From: an uncultured Chloroflexia bacterium
GTDB lineage: Bacteria; Chloroflexota; Limnocylindria; Limnocylindrales; CSP1-4
DNA length: 64,000 nt
Assembly (NCBI GenBank): GCA_963720715.1
Contig: CAVRGM010000003.1
Coordinates: forward strand, 385,808 to 449,807
Direction: 5' to 3'
Positions 59,549 to 64,000 of this stretch are shown in pieces. The position numbers and the translations under genes were made by a program. Numbering within the stretch: the first letter of the stretch is position 1; each line of letters starts with the position of its first letter. The notes below the pieces were generated by a model that did not search any database, was not told the DNA's origin, and was given only the letters and a program-made list of their open reading frames with translations.

Positions 59549-62500
59549 ATGGTTCGAGCCCACAGACCCGACCGCCGCGCCGACATCGCTCCGCTCTATG
59601 AGGAGCGGTTCGAACATGACGCCTGTGGGGTCGGGTTCGTGGCCGACGCCGGTGGCCGCTCACGCCAGCGGGTCCTGCCGTTGGCCCTGGCCGGTCTTGC
59701 CGCGCTCGGCCACCGCGGGGCGTTCGGGGCTGATGGCGAAAGCAGCGATGGCGCGGGCGTCGCCTTGCCGCTCGATCGAACCCTGCTCGAGTTGCTGGCG
59801 GGCGATCTGGGCGCTGCGCGACCGGGCATCGTCTCGGTCTTCCTGCCGCGTGGCCGGACCGCTTCCGCGGCGGCGCGGAACGTGGTCGAGCGGTCGTACG
59901 CTGCGGCGGAGCTCGAGATCCTGGCCTGGCGCCAGGTCCCGTTCGATGCGACCGCACTGGGCGCCTCGGCCGCCGCCTCTCGCCCGTCGTTCGCGCAGGC
60001 CATCGTCGGCCGACCGATGCGGGCTGGCGACGACCCGCGTCCGCTCTCCGACCGGGCATTCGAGCGTCGGCTGGTCATCGCCAGGCGGACGCTCGAGCGG
60101 GCTGTCCGTTCGGCGAGCGACACGCACCCGGAGTTGTCGATCCCGTCGTCGTCGTCCAGGACCATCGTCTACAAGGGCCTCGTGATCGGGGGCCGATTGG
60201 CCGATCTGTACCCGGACCTGCAGGAGCCGATCTCGCCGACCTACGCCGTCTTCCATCAGCGCTACGCGACCAACACCCGACCGGTCTGGTCGCTTGCCCA
60301 GCCGTTCCGATCGATCGCCCACAACGGCGAGATCAACACCGTCCGCGGCAATCGGGAGCAGATCCGTGGACGGGCTGCCGACTCGACCGGTTCGGCGATC
60401 TCCCGCCAGATCCTGGCGGCCGGACCGCTCGTGTCCCCCGACGGATCGGATTCGCTGGCCCTCGATGAAGGGCTGGAGCTATTGACCACGACCGGTTGGG
60501 ATCTCGCACCGGCACTGCTGACGACGATCCCGGAGGCCCTCGCGCTGCGTCGCTCGCCCCATCCGCACGTCGCCAGCCTCCGACGTCGGACCGCCGGCTT
60601 CCTCGCCCCATGGGACGGGCCGGCAGCGATCGTCTTCGCCGACGGTCGCACGGTCGGTGCCCTGGTCGATCGGAACGGGCTTCGCCCGGTCGCGTTCGCC
60701 GTGACCCGGGATCGGCTCGTGGCGGTCGCTTCGGAGGCCGGGGCCGTCCCATTCGCGTCTGCTGAAACCATCCGCCGAGGGCGTCTCGGGCCGGGTGAGA
60801 TGCTGATCGTGGAGCCGGGTCGTCGGACGATCCTCGAAGATGCCGAGGCGAAGACCCGGGTCCTGCGCAACCTGCCCATCCACGACGCGCCTCGACCCAT
60901 CCACGAGGACCGCTGGGTCGGATCGTCGACGCGGCCACCGACCAGTCACGCCATGCGCTACCTGGCCGGTCTCGACGCAGAACGCGCACGTCTCGATATC
61001 AAGACGATGGCGCTGGAAGGCCACGAGCCGCTGTGGAGCATGGGCGACGATACGCCGACGCCCGGGCGGGCGCGCCTGGACCGGCCCGTCGCCGACCACC
61101 TTCGCCAGTCATTCGCCCAGGTCACGAACCCGGCGATCGATCCTGAACGCGAACGGGTGGTCATGGACCTTCGGGTCGAACTCGGCCGAAGGCCGGCGTT
61201 GCTCGGCGGGTTGCCGCATGGTCCTCGGACGATCCGCCTGCAGCGGCCCGTGGTGGCCGAACTCGGTCCGCTCGTCGAGGCCATCCGGGCGAGCGGTGCC
61301 TCGGTCACGGTCCTCGACGCGACGTGGCCATCAGAGGCCGGTGAAGGTGGACTCTCCGATGCCCTCGTCCGGCTGGCCACGGACGCCGTGCGTGCGGCCC
61401 GGCGCGGGACCCATCTCGTCGTCGTCTCCGACGCGGCATGGTCGACTGACCGGCTGCCGGTGCCCTCGATCCTCGCCACCGGCGCGGTCCACACGGCGCT
61501 CACCGATGCGGGCCTGCGCGGGCGCACGGATGTCGCGCTCAGCGCGGTCGACGTCCTGGACGTCCACGCGATGGCCATGGCCATCGCCGCCGGCGCGACC
61601 GTCGTCGAGCCTCGACTCGCCGTCGAGCTCGCGGCAGAACTCGCGGGCGGCCGCGGGGCCGAGGGGCTGGCGGCCGAGCAGACCGTGGACAACCTGGTGA
61701 CGGCCTTCGAGGCCGGCCTTCGCAAGACGCTCGCCCGGATGGGGATCAGCGCCGTCGCGTCGTATGTCGGCGGGTCCCTGATCGACACGGTCGATCTCGG
61801 TCCTGATGTCGTCCGTCGCTGTTTCCCGGCCGCCGGGGCCTGGCCGGGGCGGACTTCGCTGGCCGACCTGGCGGCCCGACAACTTCGACGTCGGGCGGCG
61901 ACGCTGGCGATCCCGGATCCGCCGGCCGGCCGGGAGCCACGCCATCCCGATCCCGGTTTTGCGAGGTTCCGTGCAGATGGCGAGGCGCACCGCTTCTCGC
62001 CACGGATCGCCGACGAGATCCAGGTCCTGGCGACCGCGGACGCCGAGGCGACGACCGATATCGATGTCGCCCTGGCACGCTACCGAACCGCCCTCGGTCC
62101 GGTCCGCGAGGCGGCCGCGATGCCGCGAGATGAGTTCCGGATCCGCACGGCGCGGTCATCGTCCTCCCTGGCCGACGTCGAAGCGGCCGCAGCCATCGTT
62201 CGGCGGTTCGTCGTCTCGGCCATGAGCGTCGGAGCCCTGAGCCCGGAGGCGCACCAGGCACTGACCATCGGGATCCAGCAGGCGGGCGGCTCGGCCAACA
62301 CCGGCGAAGGCGGGGAGGATCCGGCCTGGTATGCCCCTGACGCCGAGGGTCGTTCGCACGACGCGCATATCAAGCAGGTCGCGTCGGCGCGCTTCGGGGT
62401 CACCGCCGCCTATCTCGCCCGGGCGCACCAACTCGAGATCAAGATCGCACAGGGATCCAAGCCTGGCGAGGGTGGCCAGCTGCCGGGGCGCAAGGCGACC

Positions 62501-64000
62501 GCGTATATCGCGGCCTTGCGACGGGGCCAGCCCGGCCAGAGCTATATCAGCCCGCCGCCCCACCACGATATCTATTCGATCGAGGATCTGGCCCAGCTCA
62601 TCGCCGACCTTCGGGCCATCAACCCGATGGCTCGGATCGGGGTGAAGCTTGTGGCCGGTCGTGGGGTGGGGACGATCGCGGCCGGGGTCGCCAAGGCCGG
62701 TGCGACGTACATCCACCTGTCCGGTCATGCCGGCGGGACCGGCGCGTCACCGCTGTCTTCGATCAAGCATGTCGGCGCCCCATGGGAATTCGGCTTGGCC
62801 GAGGTCCACCAGGTCCTGCTTCGCAACGACATGCGCGACCGGGTAGCGCTGCGCGTCGACGGCGGTCTGCAGACGGGCCGGGATCTACTCATCGCGGCAC
62901 TCCTCGGTGCGGAAGAATTCGCGTTCGGGACGGCGGCCCTGGTCGCGATCGGCTGCGACATGGCCCGCCAGTGCCATCTGGACACGTGCCCGACGGGGAT
63001 CGCCACCCAGCGTGAGGACCTGCGGGCCAAGTTCAGTGGCACGCCCGACGCCGTCGCCCGCTTCTTCACTGCGATCGCCGAGGACGTACGCCGCGAGCTG
63101 GCGGCGGTCGGCGCCCGCTCGATCGGGGAAGTCGTGGGCGAAAGTCGACGATTCCTGACGGTGGCCGCGGGCGTACGGGGCGAGCTGGCGCCAGTCATCG
63201 GGGCGGGAGCGTGGTTGGCGGACGCCGGGCGTCGGGCACACCCGTCCAGCGCCGGCGCCGGCCTTCGTCATGCTCCGGCGTCTCCGCTCGAGGTCGGGAT
63301 CGCGACTGCGTTCCGCGGACAGCGCTCGGTGACTGCCACCGGCCTCGCCCTGACGACCGCCGATCGGTCCTTCGGTGCCGCGCTGACCGGTGCCCTCGAG
63401 CGCGGTGGATCCTACGGTCCGATCCGGCTGGAGTTGCATGGTTCGGCGGGGCAGTCATTCGGGGCATTCGCGGCCGCGGGCGTGGACCTGCACCTGACCG
63501 GACAGGCCAACGACTACGTGGCCAAGGGCCTGTCAGGTGGGTCGGTCACCGTCGTGCCCGAGTCCGACCTTGCCGGCGACCCATCTGGTCAGGCGATCGC
63601 CGGCAATACCGTCCTGTATGGCGCGACCGCCGGACGGCTCCACCTCGTCGGGCGAGCCGGGATGCGTTTCGCCGTCCGGAATAGTGGCGCGGAGGCCGTC
63701 GTTGAGGGGATCGGGCCGCACGGCTGTGAGTACATGACCGGCGGCACGGTGGTGGTACTGGGACCGGTCGGTGCCAACTTCGGGGCGGGGATGACTGGTG
63801 GCCGGGCGTACCTGTTCGACATGACCGGGCGACATTCGGGGAGTCTGGACGACCGAAGCGTCCGGGCCGTCCGCCTGGCGACCGCGGTCTCGGAGCGCCG
63901 TGATGGCCAGGCCAGACTCATCGAGCTCGTCCGGCTCCTGGAGGCGCACCGGGCGGTGGGCTCAGAGCTGGCGGGTCGATTGCTCGAAGATGCCGATCTT
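59549..64000 (+). CDS. gltB: glutamate synthase large subunit (GltB), 3' end beyond window; not in supplied ORF track because no stop is reached
   Basis: Hand-translated: MVRAHRPDRRADIAPLYEERFEHDACGVGFVADAGG… (Ntn amidotransferase), FMN-binding core (…ARFGVTAAYL…IKIAQGSKPGEGGQLPG…SPPPHHDIYSIEDL…) and GXGXG domain (…GQSFGAFAAAGVDLHLTGQANDYVAKGLSGGSVTVVP…). Open through position 64000. AGGAG RBS. Confidence 0.9.
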   Translation, partial: MVRAHRPDRRADIAPLYEERFEHDACGVGFVADAGGRSRQRVLPLALAGLAALGHRGAFGADGESSDGAGVALPLDRTLLELLAGDLGAARPGIVSVFLPRGRTASAAARNVVERSYAAAELEILAWRQVPFDATALGASAAASRPSFAQAIVGRPMRAGDDPRPLSDRAFERRLVIARRTLERAVRSASDTHPELSIPSSSSRTIVYKGLVIGGRLADLYPDLQEPISPTYAVFHQRYATNTRPVWSLAQPFRSIAHNGEINTVRGNREQIRGRAADSTGSAISRQILAAGPLVSPDGSDSLALDEGLELLTTTGWDLAPALLTTIPEALALRRSPHPHVASLRRRTAGFLAPWDGPAAIVFADGRTVGALVDRNGLRPVAFAVTRDRLVAVASEAGAVPFASAETIRRGRLGPGEMLIVEPGRRTILEDAEAKTRVLRNLPIHDAPRPIHEDRWVGSSTRPPTSHAMRYLAGLDAERARLDIKTMALEGHEPLWSMGDDTPTPGRARLDRPVADHLRQSFAQVTNPAIDPERERVVMDLRVELGRRPALLGGLPHGPRTIRLQRPVVAELGPLVEAIRASGASVTVLDATWPSEAGEGGLSDALVRLATDAVRAARRGTHLVVVSDAAWSTDRLPVPSILATGAVHTALTDAGLRGRTDVALSAVDVLDVHAMAMAIAAGATVVEPRLAVELAAELAGGRGAEGLAAEQTVDNLVTAFEAGLRKTLARMGISAVASYVGGSLIDTVDLGPDVVRRCFPAAGAWPGRTSLADLAARQLRRRAATLAIPDPPAGREPRHPDPGFARFRADGEAHRFSPRIADEIQVLATADAEATTDIDVALARYRTALGPVREAAAMPRDEFRIRTARSSSSLADVEAAAAIVRRFVVSAMSVGALSPEAHQALTIGIQQAGGSANTGEGGEDPAWYAPDAEGRSHDAHIKQVASARFGVTAAYLARAHQLEIKIAQGSKPGEGGQLPGRKATAYIAALRRGQPGQSYISPPPHHDIYSIEDLAQLIADLRAINPMARIGVKLVAGRGVGTIAAGVAKAGATYIHLSGHAGGTGASPLSSIKHVGAPWEFGLAEVHQVLLRNDMRDRVALRVDGGLQTGRDLLIAALLGAEEFAFGTAALVAIGCDMARQCHLDTCPTGIATQREDLRAKFSGTPDAVARFFTAIAEDVRRELAAVGARSIGEVVGESRRFLTVAAGVRGELAPVIGAGAWLADAGRRAHPSSAGAGLRHAPASPLEVGIATAFRGQRSVTATGLALTTADRSFGAALTGALERGGSYGPIRLELHGSAGQSFGAFAAAGVDLHLTGQANDYVAKGLSGGSVTVVPESDLAGDPSGQAIAGNTVLYGATAGRLHLVGRAGMRFAVRNSGAEAVVEGIGPHGCEYMTGGTVVVLGPVGANFGAGMTGGRAYLFDMTGRHSGSLDDRSVRAVRLATAVSERRDGQARLIELVRLLEAHRAVGSELAGRLLEDADL

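Noticed and set aside
58174-59586. 470-aa minus ORF antisense to amt
   Set aside because: Shadow ORF of the ammonium transporter gene.
59445-64000. Multiple 60-330-aa ORFs from the track in the last 4.5 kb
   Set aside because: All are off-frame or antisense to the hand-translated gltB reading frame (59549 onward), which has no stop before the window end.

Overview
This 64 kb window is a high-GC (about 70% by eye) bacterial chromosomal segment. Lipoprotein lipoboxes, an LAL-type regulator and a PIG-L/MshB-like deacetylase suggest an actinobacterial-type organism. It is densely coding on both strands, with many ATGA/GTGA overlapping gene junctions. There are no transposases, integrases or CRISPR arrays.

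Recognisable content, left to right:
- partial class-V aminotransferase, then a tRNA with anticodon UAU
- secreted PT-repeat/SH3b protein
- lower-GC solitary DNA methyltransferase, divergent from a 1068-aa LAL (AAA+/LuxR) regulator whose Walker-A lysine is replaced
- blue-copper lipoprotein and AlaX editing protein
- minus-strand block: pntAB, then NG-repeat lipoprotein, OmpR-type response regulator, histidine kinase, two TadE/F-like pseudopilins and a 721-aa TadG-like pseudopilin
- CPBP protease, SIMPL protein, internally duplicated secreted protein, ECF sigma / anti-sigma pair
- class-V aminotransferase, tRNA-Arg(UCG), M23 peptidase
- membrane protein, WYL regulator and SAMHD1/Dgt-like dNTP triphosphohydrolase in one coupled operon
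- polar amino-acid ABC transporter, LysM lipoprotein, HTH-GAF-GGDEF signalling protein
- YbaK deacylase, thiamine pyrophosphokinase, Bcp peroxiredoxin, PIG-L deacetylase
- cytochrome b6f-type Rieske/cytochrome-b operon preceded by, and translationally coupled to, a GltD-like flavo-FeS oxidoreductase, and ending in a cytochrome c-cupredoxin fusion plus a membrane-anchored Kelch protein
- rhodanese, DUF309, proline dehydrogenase, aminotransferase, 2-hydroxyacid dehydrogenase, tRNA-Lys(UUU), GNAT, ammonium transporter, and a glutamate synthase large subunit (GltB) that runs off the window end and is absent from the supplied ORF track.

Most interesting candidates:
- the unusual bc-type respiratory module (GltD-like subunit, cytochrome c-cupredoxin fusion, and a free cupredoxin paralog elsewhere in the window)
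- the two-component-system-linked Tad minor-pilin cluster with an (NG)n lipoprotein encoded by a hexanucleotide microsatellite
- the WYL-dNTPase operon
- five perfect 19-bp tandem repeats with an adjacent inverted repeat in an intergenic region.
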